Shown here: positions 15,604 through 27,352 of the stretch, one piece after another | How the letters are laid out: the number at the start of each line of letters is the position of its first letter | How positions within the stretch are numbered: the stretch's first letter is position 1 | Source: Felis catus | Taxonomy: Eukaryota | Reading direction: 5' to 3' | Length of the DNA stretch: 64,000 bases | Assembly (NCBI RefSeq): GCF_018350175.1 | Contig: NC_058377.1 | Location: 62,000,001 to 62,064,000, forward strand | Position numbers and translations under genes: made by a program | The notes under the pieces: model-generated | What the model was told of the DNA's origin: nothing | The model's database searches: none | What the model saw: the letters and a program-made list of their open reading frames with translations, nothing else

Positions 15604-16005
15604 CTGGAGAAGAGAGCAGGCAAGGTAGAAACTAGGAGTGAAGCACAAAGCCCACAGGGAGAGGGCTATGAAAGTGTAATAGCTATGTGTGTATTTCAGC
15701 ATGTGTCCGTACATCTGAAGACATGCATAGGTGTATAAGCAGGCTTGACTTTGCACAAATAGAGGTTAGTGTATATGTCTGATTTTAGGTGTATTTATAT
15801 ATATCTATGTTTACTAGGATGCCTATATGTGAGACTATACCTATCTCTGTCTGCATTGCTTAATGATGTACCAAACAAGGAAATGAAAGATTTATTCTAC
15901 ATCAAGACATTCACTGCCCACCCCTCAGTATGCCATAACCAACACTGCATTCCCAAACCATCTTTGGGGAAAAGAAATTTTCATAAATTCAGTCTGAGGC
16001 CTCAC

Positions 16006-16168
16006 CGGGGGGCAGGGGTGGACCAGAGTGTCCAGAGGCCACTTCTTGCTTCTCCTTCTCACACTCTCTTAGCTGGTCCTTGAGACTATCCACCTCCTGA
16101 CGAAGAGCACAGAGATCGTGCTGGTCTGAGTCAGCCAGAAGCTTGAGTATGAGGCTGGCATTAGCCAC
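16006..16168 (-). CDS. OLFM5: OLFM5 coding exon 5 (coiled coil and Pro-rich linker)
   Basis: tttccacag|GTG ... CCG|gtgagg; 163 nt, phase 0-1; VANASLILKLLADSDQHDLCALRQEVDSLKDQLRECEKEK..GPPLPP parallels OLFM4 ..VLAIRREIVALKTKLKECE..PPPTP. Confidence 0.9.
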
Positions 16169-16358
16169 CTGTGGAAATGAGATGCCAAGGATATGGGTCA
16201 CAGACTGTTCTTAAGAACTGATGTCAGCCTTCCATATTGCTCAGCTCTGTGTCTTTTTTTCCTCCAGAAATAAGTGATTTGGTAAATCATCAAATTTATG
16301 AAATTAAGTAAGACAGGAGACTATGGAGGCAGAGGTATTCTCTAATCTATCTATGTAT

Positions 16359-16583
16359 ATGGCTCTGGAATTAAGAGAGGAGGCTCTCAGCCTCACTAAG
16401 TCCTCCCTTGGCCATAAGCCAGGTCACCAACTCCTGTGGTCTCTCCAGCTGCAGGCACAGCAGGTTGTAGATTGGGGCCTTCTAGGAGGAAGCAAGGGTA
16501 GTGGGAATCCTGGACTTCAGGGCACCATTCATTTCTAAGACCTGGTTATCCTGACCTTCAGTGGTGCATGTGTACTCACTGAC
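16359..16583 (-). pseudogene. OLFM5: OLFM5 exon 4, degenerate (pseudo-exon)
   Basis: Acceptor ccagacccag|GTC AGT GAG TAC (VSEY, cf. OLFM4 VREY). In-frame TAG at 16482-16484 and TAA at 16371-16373. The expected donor position reads CAT|ATACAT (no GT). The 3' boundary is inferred. Confidence 0.75.
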
Positions 16584-19333
16584 CTGGGTCTGGAGGCATG
16601 GACAGGCAGTTCCCCCAAACCTCAACATCCATGACTTTTTTCTTTTATTTGCATGCCTTCAGTGCCACGTAGCCTAAAAAATACTGTCTTGGATCTATCA
16701 TTTTATTTTGTTCCATTAACAGCCCTTGAGAGAAGTTAAAATGGTGGAGCAGCATGAAGACCCTGAGCTTATCTCATCCCTGAAATGCAGCTAGATCAGC
16801 ACCAAACCATTTTGAACACCTAGGAAGTTGATCTGAGGATTAATGCAACCACCTGCATAACTTAAGTCACAGAACTTGCCAGGTACACGGTGTGGAGAGG
16901 TGAACTTGGGGGAGAAAAGCCTTGGGGGGTAGGGAGCCATTTTTGCAGAGAGAAGACAGAGAGAGAAAGAGAAAGGGAGAGAGTGCAAAACATTGGCATG
17001 GTGCAAGAAAGCATTCCCTGCAAAAGTAGCTGGAGAGAAAGAGAAAGAAAGAGTGAAAACACTCGCAGGGGACTGAACAAGAAACCTGTTCCCCAAAACC
17101 ATTGATGGGGAGAAAAGAGAAGGTGTCAATACCAATACCACCAGGATTCTACAAACAGTGGATTGCTGAGTCTGAAGTTCTGGAGCTCAGTACCTGGTGG
17201 CGCTCGAGTGAGGAAGCTGGGCAAATTCCCAGGAGCAAGCAGTGGGGTCTGAGGGGTCCGTGTGCCACAGGGGGAGAAGCAGTTCCCCTGCTTGGAGAGC
17301 ATTTGGTAGAGGCCAAATGGCCTCCCCACAGCAAAGGTCCCAGGGGACCCTGGAGAGGAGCCACATTTGAGGGTATTGGGACAAAGACCCCAGAGTATGG
17401 TGAAACCTGAAGCCGGCTGTGTGCTGTGATTTGTCACCATCTCTGAACCTCTGCTGCTGCAGGATCACACAAACATTTTCTGGGGCTAGCTGGCACCCAG
17501 CCATTGCTCAGCAAGACCCTCCCACAGAGAATCAGTGGGACCAAGTGAAGGGGTCTCTGAAGTGTTGTATTTTGAAACAACCCCATCTGAAATAAAACTC
17601 TGGAGGAAGGTGCCATCTGGCAGGCAGATGGCTTGGACACAGACAGGGTAGAGACAGGAGTGAATGAAGTCCTGAGACAAAGGAGGGATGCTTTATCATG
17701 GGTCAGTCAGAGAGGGAATTTCCTGTGCCACAGACTAGGGAGTTGGGTGAAGCCATTTCCACCTATCCTACACATGCACAATGATCCACCCCAGTAAGAT
17801 AAGCAGCGTCACCTAGTGGATAATGGAGCCATTACACCATGGAGCCACTAGAGTGCTTAGTTTAAATTCTAGGGGAAACTGGATGTAACTTCATTCGGGT
17901 TTCATTGTGTTTGCTGGTTCATTTATTTGTTCACTTTCTTTGCTTCTGTTTTTGTTTAAGTTGTTTTCTTTTTTCTTTCTTTTCTTTGTTGGATACAGAA
18001 AGTGAAAATTTTATTTATAGTTTTTTACTTTATTTTATTTTTATTTAAATTTTTTATTGTATTTCATTTTCTTTATTTTATCTTATTCTATAAATATTTT
18101 TTAATTTTTAAATTTTTTTCTTACACTTTTCTTCTCTCCTTTCCCTTTTTTCTCTATTCTTTCAACAATCAGACTGAAACACACCTAGGATCTAGTTCTT
18201 TTATTTGATTTTTTATTGTGTATTTAATTTTTCACTTTTTATTTTTTATTTTATTAATTTTTTCTTCCTCCAAAATGACAAAAATGAAGGAATTCATGCC
18301 AAAAGAAAGAACACGAAAAATAACACCCAGGGTTAATCAACACAAATATAAGTAAGATGTCTGAACTAGAATTTAGAACCATGATAATAAAAATACCATC
18401 TGGGGTTGAAAGCATAGAAGACACCAGAGAATCCCTTTCTGCAGAGATAAAAGAAGTAAAATCTACTCAGGCTGAAATTAAACATGCTATAACTGAGATG
18501 CAATCTTGAATAGATGTCACAATGGCAAGGATGGATAAAACAAAGCAATGAATCAGCGATATAGAAGATAAAATTATGGAGAATAATGAAGCAGAAAAGA
18601 AGAGAAACAAAGGCAAAAGAGCATGACACAAGACTTAGAGAACTCAGTCACCTGTTAAGAAGGAATAAAATCTGAATCACAGGAGTCCCAGAAGATGAAT
18701 AGAGAGAAAAAGGGGAAGAAGGTTAATGTGAACAAATTATACTGGAAAACTTTCCTAATCTGTGAAAGGACACAGACATCAAAATCCAAGAAACCTAGAG
18801 AACTCCCATCAGATTAAATAAAAACTGACCATCAACAAGGCATATCATAGTGAAATTCACAAAACACAGACAAAGAAAGAATTATAAAAGCAGCAAAGGA
18901 AAAAAATCCTTAAACTACAAGGAAAGACAGATAAGTTTCACAGTAGACCTATCCACAGAAACTTGTTAGGCCAGAAAGGAGTGGCAGGATATATTCTACA
19001 TGCTAAATCAAAAAAATATGCAGCCAAGAATTCTTTATTCTGCAAGGCTGTCATTCAAAATAGAAGGAAATATAGTTTCTGAGACAAACAAACACTAAAG
19101 AAATTCGTGACCACTAAACAACCCTGCAAGAAATTTTAAGAGGGACTCTCTGAGTGGAGAAAAGACAAAAAAAAAACAAAAAAACAAAAAAAACAAAAAA
19201 GACCCAAAGCAACAAAGACTAGAAAGGACCATTGAACATCACCAACTCTACACATAACACTAAATTCATATCTTTCAGTGCTCACTCTAAATGTCACTGG
19301 ACTAAGTGCTCCAATCAAAAGACATAGGCTATC

Positions 19334-20411
19334 GGAGCCAAAGTAATCTTGAAAAAGAAAACCAAAGCAGGAGGCATCACAATCCCAGACTTCAAGCCAT
19401 ACTACAAAGCTGTAATCATCAAGACAGTATTGTACTGGCACAAGAACAGATACTCAGATCAATGGAACAAAATAGGGAACCCAGAAATGGACCCACAAAC
19501 ATATGGCCACCTAATCTTTGACAAAGCAGGAAAGAATATCCAATGGAATAAAAACAGTCTCTTCAACAAGTGGTACTGGAATGAACCTGGACCACTTTCT
19601 TACACCATAGACAAAAATAAACTCAAAATGGATTAAAGACCTCAATGTAAGACAGGAAGCCATCCAAATCCTCGAGAAGAAAGCAGGCAAAAACCTCTTT
19701 GATCTTGGCCACAGCAACTTCTTACTCAACACATCTCCAGAGGCAAGGGAAACAGAAGCAAAAATGAACTACTGGGCCCTCATCAAAACAAAAACCTTCT
19801 GCACATTGAAGGAAACAATCAGAAAAACTAAAAGGCAACCGACAGAATCAGAGAAGATATTTGCAAATGACATATCAGGTAAAGGAGTAGTATCCAAAAT
19901 CTATAAAGAACTTATCAAACTCAACACCCAAAAAACAANNNNNNNNNNNNNNNNNNNNNNNNNNNNNNNNNNNNNNNNNNNNNNNNNNNNNNNNNNNNNN
20001 NNNNNNNNNNNNNNNNNNNNNNNNNNNNNNNNNNNNNNNNNNNNNNNNNNNNNNNNNNNNNNNNNNNNNNNNNNNNNNNNNNNNNNNNNNNNNNNNNNNN
20101 NNAACATTAACAACTCAGGCAACAACAGACATTGGCGAGGATGCAGAGAAAGAGGATCTCTTTTACATTGTTGTGGGAATGTAAGCTGGTGCAGCCACTC
20201 TGGAAAATAGTATGGAAGTTCCTCAGAAAACTAAAAATAGAACTACCCTAGACCCAGCAATTGCACTACTAGGTATTTATTTACAGGATACAGATGTGCT
20301 GTTTCGAAGGGACAATGCATCCCCATGTTTATGGCAGCACTATCAACAATAGCCAAAGTATGGAAAGAGCCCAAATGTCCATCGATGGATGAATGGATTA
20401 AAAATTGTGAT

Positions 20412-20454
<43 letters not shown>

Positions 20455-20836
20455 GGGGTATTCCTCGGCAATCAAAAAGAATGAAATCTTGCCATTTGCA
20501 ACTACATGGATGGAACTGGAGGGTATTATGCTAAGTGAAATTAGTCAGTCAGAGAAAGACAAAAATCATATGACTTCAGTCACATGAGGACTTTAAGAGA
20601 AAAAACAGATGAACACAAGGGAAGGGAAACAAAAATAATATAAAAACAAGGAGGGGGACAAAACAGAAGAGACTCATAAATATGGAGAACAAACTGAGGG
20701 TTACTGGAGGGGCTGTGGGAGGGGAGATGGGCTGAATGGGTAAGAGGCACTAAGGAATATACTCCTGAAATCATTATTGCACTGTATGCTAACTAATTTG
20801 GATGTAAATTTTAAAAAATTAAAAATAAAATGTAAA
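19334..20836 (+). mobile_element. 5'-truncated L1 nested in ORF2 of the host L1
   Basis: 17-bp TSD aaaagacataggctatc at 19317-19333 and 20837-20853; host ORF2 resumes after the second copy. Confidence 0.92.
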
Positions 20837-21023
20837 AAAAGACATAGGCTATCAGAATGGATAAGAAAACTAGACCCATCTATATGCTGCTTATGAGAGA
20901 CTCAATTTAGACCTAAAGGCACCTGCAGATTGAAAGTGAGGGGATGGAGAACCATCTATCATGCTAATGGTCATCAGAAGAAAGCTGGAGTAGCCATACT
21001 TATATCCAACAAACTAGATTTTA

Positions 21024-21240
21024 TTTTATTTTTTTTCCAACGTTTATTTATTTTTGGGACAGAGAGAGACAGAGCATGAACGAGGGAGGGGCAGAGAGAG
21101 AGGGAGACACAGAATCGGAAACAGGCTCCAGGTTCTGAGCCATCAGCCCAGAGCCCGACGCGGGGCTCGAACTCACGGACCGCGAGATCGTGACCTGGCT
21201 GAAGTCGGACGCTTAACCGACTGCGCCACCCAGGCGCCCC
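21024..21240 (-). mobile_element. Felid CAN-SINE (SINEC_Fc) inside the host L1
   Basis: Reverse complement of ggggcgcctgggtggcgcagtcggttaagcg...; TSD aacaaactagatttta at ~21008 and 21241. Confidence 0.95.
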
Positions 21241-24200
21241 AACAAACTAGATTTTAAAATAAAGACTGTAACAAGAGATGAAGAAGGGCATTATATCATA
21301 ATTAAGGGGTCTAACCACCAAGAAGATATAACAATTGTAAATATTTATGGCCCCAATGTAGAACACCCAAATATATAAATCAATTAATTACAAACATAAA
21401 GAAACTCATTGATAATAATACTATAATTGTAGGGGACCTCAACACCTCACTTACAACAATGGACAGATCACATAAGCAGAAAATCAACAAGGAAACAATG
21501 GCTTTGAATGACATACTGGACTAAATGGACTTAACAGATATATTCAGAACATTTCATCCTAAAGCAGAAGAATACACATTCTTCTCAAGTGCCCATGGAA
21601 CATTCTCCAGAATAGATCACATACTGGGTCACAAATCAGCCCTCAAGAAGTAAAAAAGATCAAGATCATACCTTGCATATTTTCAGGCCACAATGATATG
21701 AAACTCAAAATGAACCACAAGAAAAAACTTGGAAAGACCATGAATATTTGGAGATTAAAGAACATCCTACTAAAAAATGAATGGGTCAAGCAGGAATTTA
21801 AAGAGGAAATTAAAAAGTTCATGGAAGCCGATGAAAATGTAAACACAACAGTCCATAATCTCTAAGATGCAGCAAAGCTGGTCATAAGAGGGAAGTATGT
21901 AGCAATCTAGGCCTTCCTAAAGGAAGAATGGTCTCAAATACATAACCTAACCTTACACCTAAAAAAGCTAGAAAAAGAACAGCAAAAACAGCAGAATAAA
22001 GGAAATACTAAAGATTAGAGCAGAAATCAATGATACTAAAATTAAAAAAAAAAAGTAGAACAGATCAACAAAACCAGGAGCTGAAAGAATTAACAAAAGA
22101 ATTTAAAAAATTAATAACCTCCTACTCAGATTGATCAAAAAGAAAAAGCACAGGACCCATATGAATAAAATAACAAATGAAAGATGACAGATCACAACCA
22201 ACACCACAGAAATACAAACTACAATAAGAGAATATTATGAGCAATTATATGCCAATGAATTGAGCAATCTGGAAGCAATGGACAAATTCCTAGAAACATA
22301 TACACTACCAAAACTGAAACAGGAAGAAATAGAAAATTTGAACAGACCCATAACCAGTAAAAAAATTAAACCAGTAATCAAAAATCTCCCAACAAACAAG
22401 AGTCTAGGGCCAGATAGTTTTCCAGAGGAATTCTACCAAACATTGAAGCAAGAGTTAATACCTATTCTTGTGAAGCTGTTCCAAAAAATAGAATGGAAGA
22501 AAAACTTCCAAATTCATTTATGAGGCTAACATTACCTTGATTCCAAAACCAGACAAAGACCCACTAAAAAGGAGAACTATAGACCAATTTCCCTGATGAA
22601 CATGGATGCATAAATTCTCAACAAGATAGTAGCAAACCGAATCCAACAATATGTTAAAAGAACTACTCAACACGATCAAGTGAGATTTATTCCTTAATGT
22701 AGGGCTGGCTCAATATCCATAAATCAATCAATATTATACATCACATTATACTTTCACATAGAAGAAAGGATAAGAGCCACATTATCCTTTCAATAGATGC
22801 AGAGAAAGCATTTGATAAAATACAGCACCCTTTCTTTATAAAAACCCTGAAGAAAGTTGGGGTAAAAAGATCATACCTCAAGATCATAAAGGCCATATAT
22901 GAAAAACCCACAGTTAATATCATCCTCAATGGGGAAAAACATAGTTTTCCCACTAATTTCAGGAGCACAATAAAGATGTCCACTCTCACCACTGTTATTC
23001 AACATAGTGTTAGAAGTCCTAGCCTCAGTAATCAGAAAACACAAAGAAATAAAAGGCATCCAAATCAGCAAGGAGGAAGTCAAACTTACACTGTTCACAA
23101 ATGACATAATACTCCATATGAAAAACCCAAAAGACTCCACCAAAAAACTACTAGAACTGATCCATTAATTCTGCAAAGTCGCAGGATATAAAATCACTGC
23201 ACGGAAATCAGTTGCATTTCTATTCACCAATAATGAGGCAGCAGAAAGAGAAATAAATGTATCAATCCCATTTATAATTGCACCAAAAACTATAAAATAC
23301 CTAGGAATAAACTTAACTAAGGAAGTGAAAATCTACACTGAAAACTATAGAAAGCTTATGAAAGAAATTGAAGAAGACACAAAAAACTGGAAAAACACTC
23401 CATGCTCATGGATTGAAAGAACAAATATTGTTAAAATATCGATACTACTCAGAGGAATCTACATATTCAATGCAATCCTTTTCAAAATAACACCAGCAGT
23501 CTTCACAGAGCTAGAACAAACAATCCTAAAATTTGTATGGAACCAGAAAAGACCCCAAATAGCCAAAGCAATCCTGAAGAAGAAAACTAAAGCTGGAGAC
23601 ATTATAATTCTGGACTTCATGCGGTATTATGAAGCTACAATCATCAAGACGCTATGGTACTGGCACAAAAACAGACATATAGATCAATGGAACAGAATAG
23701 AGAACCCAGAAATGGATCCACAAACATATGGCCAACTAATCTTTGACAAAGCAGGAAAGAATATCCAGTGGAATAAAGACAGTCTCTTCAGCAAATGGTT
23801 GGGAAAACTGGACAGCAACATGCAGAAGAATGAACCTGGACCACTTTCTTACACCATACACAAAAACAAACTCAAAATGGATGAAAGACCTAAACTTAAG
23901 ACAAGGAGCCATCAAAATCCTAGAGAAGAAATCAGACAACAACCTCTTTGACCTCAGCCACAGCAACTTCTTACTAAGCATGTCTCCAGAGGCCAGGGAA
24001 ACAAAAGCAAAAATGAACTATTGAGTCCTCATCAAGATAAAAAAACTTTTGCATGGTGAAGGAAACAATCAACAAAACTAGAAGTAACTGACAGAATGGG
24101 AGAAGATATTTACAAATGACATATCAGATAAAGGGTTAGCACCCAACATCTACAAAGAACTTACTAAATTCAACACCCCAGAAATAAATAATCCAGTGAA

Positions 24201-25077
24201 GAAATGGGCAAAAGACATGAAAAGACACTTTTCCAAAGAAAACAACCAGATGGCTAACAGACACGTGAAAAGATGCTCAACATCACTCATCAACAGGGAA
24301 ATATAAATCAAAACCACAATGAGATATTACCTCACACCTGCCAGAATGGCTAAAATTAATAGCTCAGCCAACAATGGATGTTGGCGAGGATGCAGAAAAA
24401 AAGGAACCCTTTCGCACTGCTGGTGGGAATGCAAACTGGTGCAGCCACTCTAGAGAACAGTGTGGAGGTTCCTCAAAAAATTAAAAATAGAACTCCCTTA
24501 CAACCCAGCAATTGTGCTACTAGGTACCTATCCAAAGGATACAGGAGTGCTAATTTGAAGGAGTATATGCACCCCAATGTTTATAGCAGCACTATCGACA
24601 ATAGCCAAAGTATGGAAAGAGCCCAAATGTCCATCAACTGATGAATGGATGAAGAAGATATGGTATATATATATACAATGGAATTTTACTTGGTGATCAA
24701 AAAGAATGAAATCTCGCCATTTGCAACAGTGTGTATGGAACTAGAATGTATTATGCTAAGTGAAATAAATCAGCAGAGAAAGACAAATATATTATTTCAC
24801 TCATATGTGAAATTTAAAAAACAAGAGATGAACAAAGAGAAGGGAAGAAAAAAGATAAAAACAGAGAGGGAGACAAACCAAAAAGACTCTTAAATACAGA
24901 AAACAAACTGAGGGTTGCTGGAGGGGTTTTGGGTGGGGGGAAAGGCTAAATGGGTGACAGGAATTAGGAGGGCACTTGTTGGGATGAACACTGGGTGTTA
25001 TATGTCAGTGATGAATCACTAAATTCTATTCCTGAAATCATCATTATTATACTATATGTTAACTAATTTGGATATAA

Positions 25078-25198
25078 GTAACTGAGAACAAACTGAGGGT
25101 TGATGGGGGGTGGGAGGGAGGGGAGGGTGGGTGATGGGTATTGAGGAGGGCACCTTTTGGGATGAGCACTGGGTGTTGTATGGAAACCAATTTGACAA
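25078..25198 (+). mobile_element. Second L1 3'-end fragment at the tail of the host L1, running into an N-gap
   Basis: aactgagaacaaactgagggttgatggggg...ccaatttgacaa, nearly the same as the L1 3' end at 12293-12411. Confidence 0.8.
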
Positions 25199-26000
25199 NN
25201 NNNNNNNNNNNNNNNNNNNNNNNNNNNNNNNNNNNNNNNNNNNNNNNNNNNNNNNNNNNNNNNNNNNNNNNNNNNNNNNNNNNNNNNNNNNNNNNNNNNN
25301 NNNNNNNNNNNNNNNNNNNNNNNNNNNNNNNCATTAGTGTTATTTCCATTTCATAGCTGAGGACATTGTGTCCCTCTTTGCTACAGAAAAAAATGACTCT
25401 CTCCTCTGTATACCCAGGTTCTCTCTCCCCTTTCCTGATTACAGCCACATTCTCAGGAGTGTCTTGGTGAGTGAATGAATGGACACAGACAGCTAGCTTT
25501 CAGGCCCTCTCTCATCAACCTTCCCCAAGTGCCCATTACAAAAAGCAACTGCCCACATCACATGCTGGATGCCACATTTCTATTCACTCCTCACTCTACT
25601 GACAGCATCAATTCCAAGCTCACTAGCCTGGTCCACAAGTCTCTCCAGATATTGCCCCTATTTTAGCTCAATTCAAACTCTTTTCTGTCTCTTTTCCACT
25701 GGCCATTCCACTTCCTTCTTCTTCTCTAACCTCTTCCCATCTCCCACTGCACTTATACCCACAAATTGGCCTGTTAATGTAGGAAAGCACATCCTCCACA
25801 AACCTCTCTGTATGGTGATGGCCTCTGAGAATCCCAAGGACAATACCTAATTTTTTCCTTCACACTCAGGATTCAACTCAAAGATGAGGGCTATGCTTTC
25901 TCCAGGAATTTCTCTACTGGCCCAGCTCATCCTCATTCTGGATGCAGGAGAGAATGTGCTCATGTAACTCCCAGCCTCAACCCGTAGCTCCAGCACTCAC

Positions 26001-26144
26001 CCTCAAGAGCTCCTGATCATACTTGTCCATGAGCTCCTGGGCTGTACTCTGTAGCTGCTCCAGCTTCTTCAGGGGAATGAGGTCATTGGCCAGGTGAACC
26101 ACACAATGGCACAGGCCATCCTTACCCGTAGAGCCTGGCACCAG
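26001..26144 (-). CDS. OLFM5: OLFM5 coding exon 3 (CxC motif and start of coiled coil)
   Basis: ttgcttttgcag|CTG ... AGG|gtgagt; 144 nt; LVPGSTGKDGLCHCVVHLANDLIPLKKLEQLQSTAQELMDKYDQELLR resembles OLFM4 GTCQCSVSLPD...KFEKELSK. Confidence 0.88.
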
Positions 26145-26392
26145 CTGCAAAAGCAAGATCACAGGCACGTTAAGCATAATGAAATACATTGGAGCACAGT
26201 GCACGGTTTGGGAACATGAAGCAGAAGAGCTGACCCTACTCTGGAGAGTCTGAGAAGAGACCTCTTTGCACAGGAGAGTGTTCATGACTGTCTAAGTCTC
26301 CTTCTGTCGTGAGTTTGATCCTTCCCTTGATTTCCCAGAGCTGAAATATAGTCTCCTTCCAGCTCCTAATGGTGGAACCATCCTCACCCTAC

Positions 26393-26455
26393 CTCATGCA
26401 CTGACTGGGTCTGGCTGCAGTTCAGAGAACTGGGAGTAGACTCTTCTCTGAGGCT
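26393..26455 (-). CDS. OLFM5: OLFM5 coding exon 2 (SLREESTPSSLNCSQTQSVHE)
   Basis: Strong acceptor ctttcctcttttccacag|AGC, donor GAG|gtaggg, 63 nt, phase 0-0, open frame. Confidence 0.65.
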
Positions 26456-27283
26456 CTGTGGAAAAGAGGAAAGATGATCTGAAAAGAAATGTTCAGGGAC
26501 TAGCTTGGTGGCTGCAGTACCTCTACTCTGGACATAAGTAGATTCCCACAAGTTCACTTTGTCTTGAAGACAGCAGGAACAGAGAGTTCCAAATTGTCAA
26601 AGAAGGGAATGAATATTAACAGCACCATTAGGCACCAAAGTCTGGACTGATATTTAGCATTCCCAAGAACACAGGAGGGTATGACTTGAATTCTTTATTT
26701 TGTAGTTGAAAAACCAGAGGTTCTCAGAATGTAAAAAAAAAAAAAAAAAAAGAAAAAAAAGAAAGAACCATCTAGGGTTTCCTTATAGATTTTTCAAGAA
26801 TCAAGATGTGTGGCCACTGTCCTTCTCTGAATAATCCCACACATATCTTCTGTGGCCCTGGGAGTTAATTTGGCTGTGTCTTCAGTCTGCAACTCCAGCC
26901 CAGTGGTTTAGCTTTTGGGATCATGACACAAAGGGTGCATGCTTACAATAGCCCAGGTTGTCCTTCCTTAGTTCCAGCATCCTTCATACAAGAAAAGGGT
27001 GGCATATTTCTGCAGGAAATGATGCCTCATAAAAGAGCAGGATGTACAGCCCAGAGTTCATCTGTGTTTTCCCTCTGTCACCCTATGCCTGACAACAATC
27101 AGAGCAACAATCAGAGCATATTGGGTATCCCATCCTCCTTTCAGACGTCCCTGGGTCTCTCCACCTTCACTCTCTCTCAGAACCTGGGGCTTCTTGAAAT
27201 GGATCAGAGCGGTGAGGGAAGCCAGTCCAAAACCCAGAACCATCTCTTCACCCACTTGAGATCCCTCCATCCTCTGCCTGTAC

Positions 27284-27352
27284 CTGAGGCTGCCCTGGGA
27301 GTGCCAGAGGCAGCAGTAGGATGGTTATCAGGAGAGCCAAGGAAGACTGCAT
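27284..27352 (-). CDS. OLFM5: OLFM5 coding exon 1 (signal peptide MQSSLALLITILLLPLALPGQPQ)
   Basis: ATG at 27352 (A at -3), 23 codons with a hydrophobic core, ends CAG|GTACAG in phase 0 and fits the next exon. Hand-translated; not in the ORF track. Confidence 0.7.

Larger units (their letters stand above)
16730..25077 (+). mobile_element. Near full-length carnivore LINE-1 (5'UTR, decayed ORF1 ~18275-19150, decayed ORF2, 3'UTR) in OLFM5 intron 3, antisense to the gene
   Basis: 5' end aaaatggtggagcagcatgaagaccctg; ORF2 fragments (EN ..[39 protein letters not shown]) with many stops and frameshifts. Flanks join into one MIR-like sequence (aacagcccttgag / ttatttccatttcatagctgagga). Confidence 0.93.

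Noticed and set aside
23325-23951. 208-aa ORF and other ORFs in 19300-24900
   Set aside because: Fragments of decayed L1 ORF2; the element has many stops and frameshifts and cannot be active.
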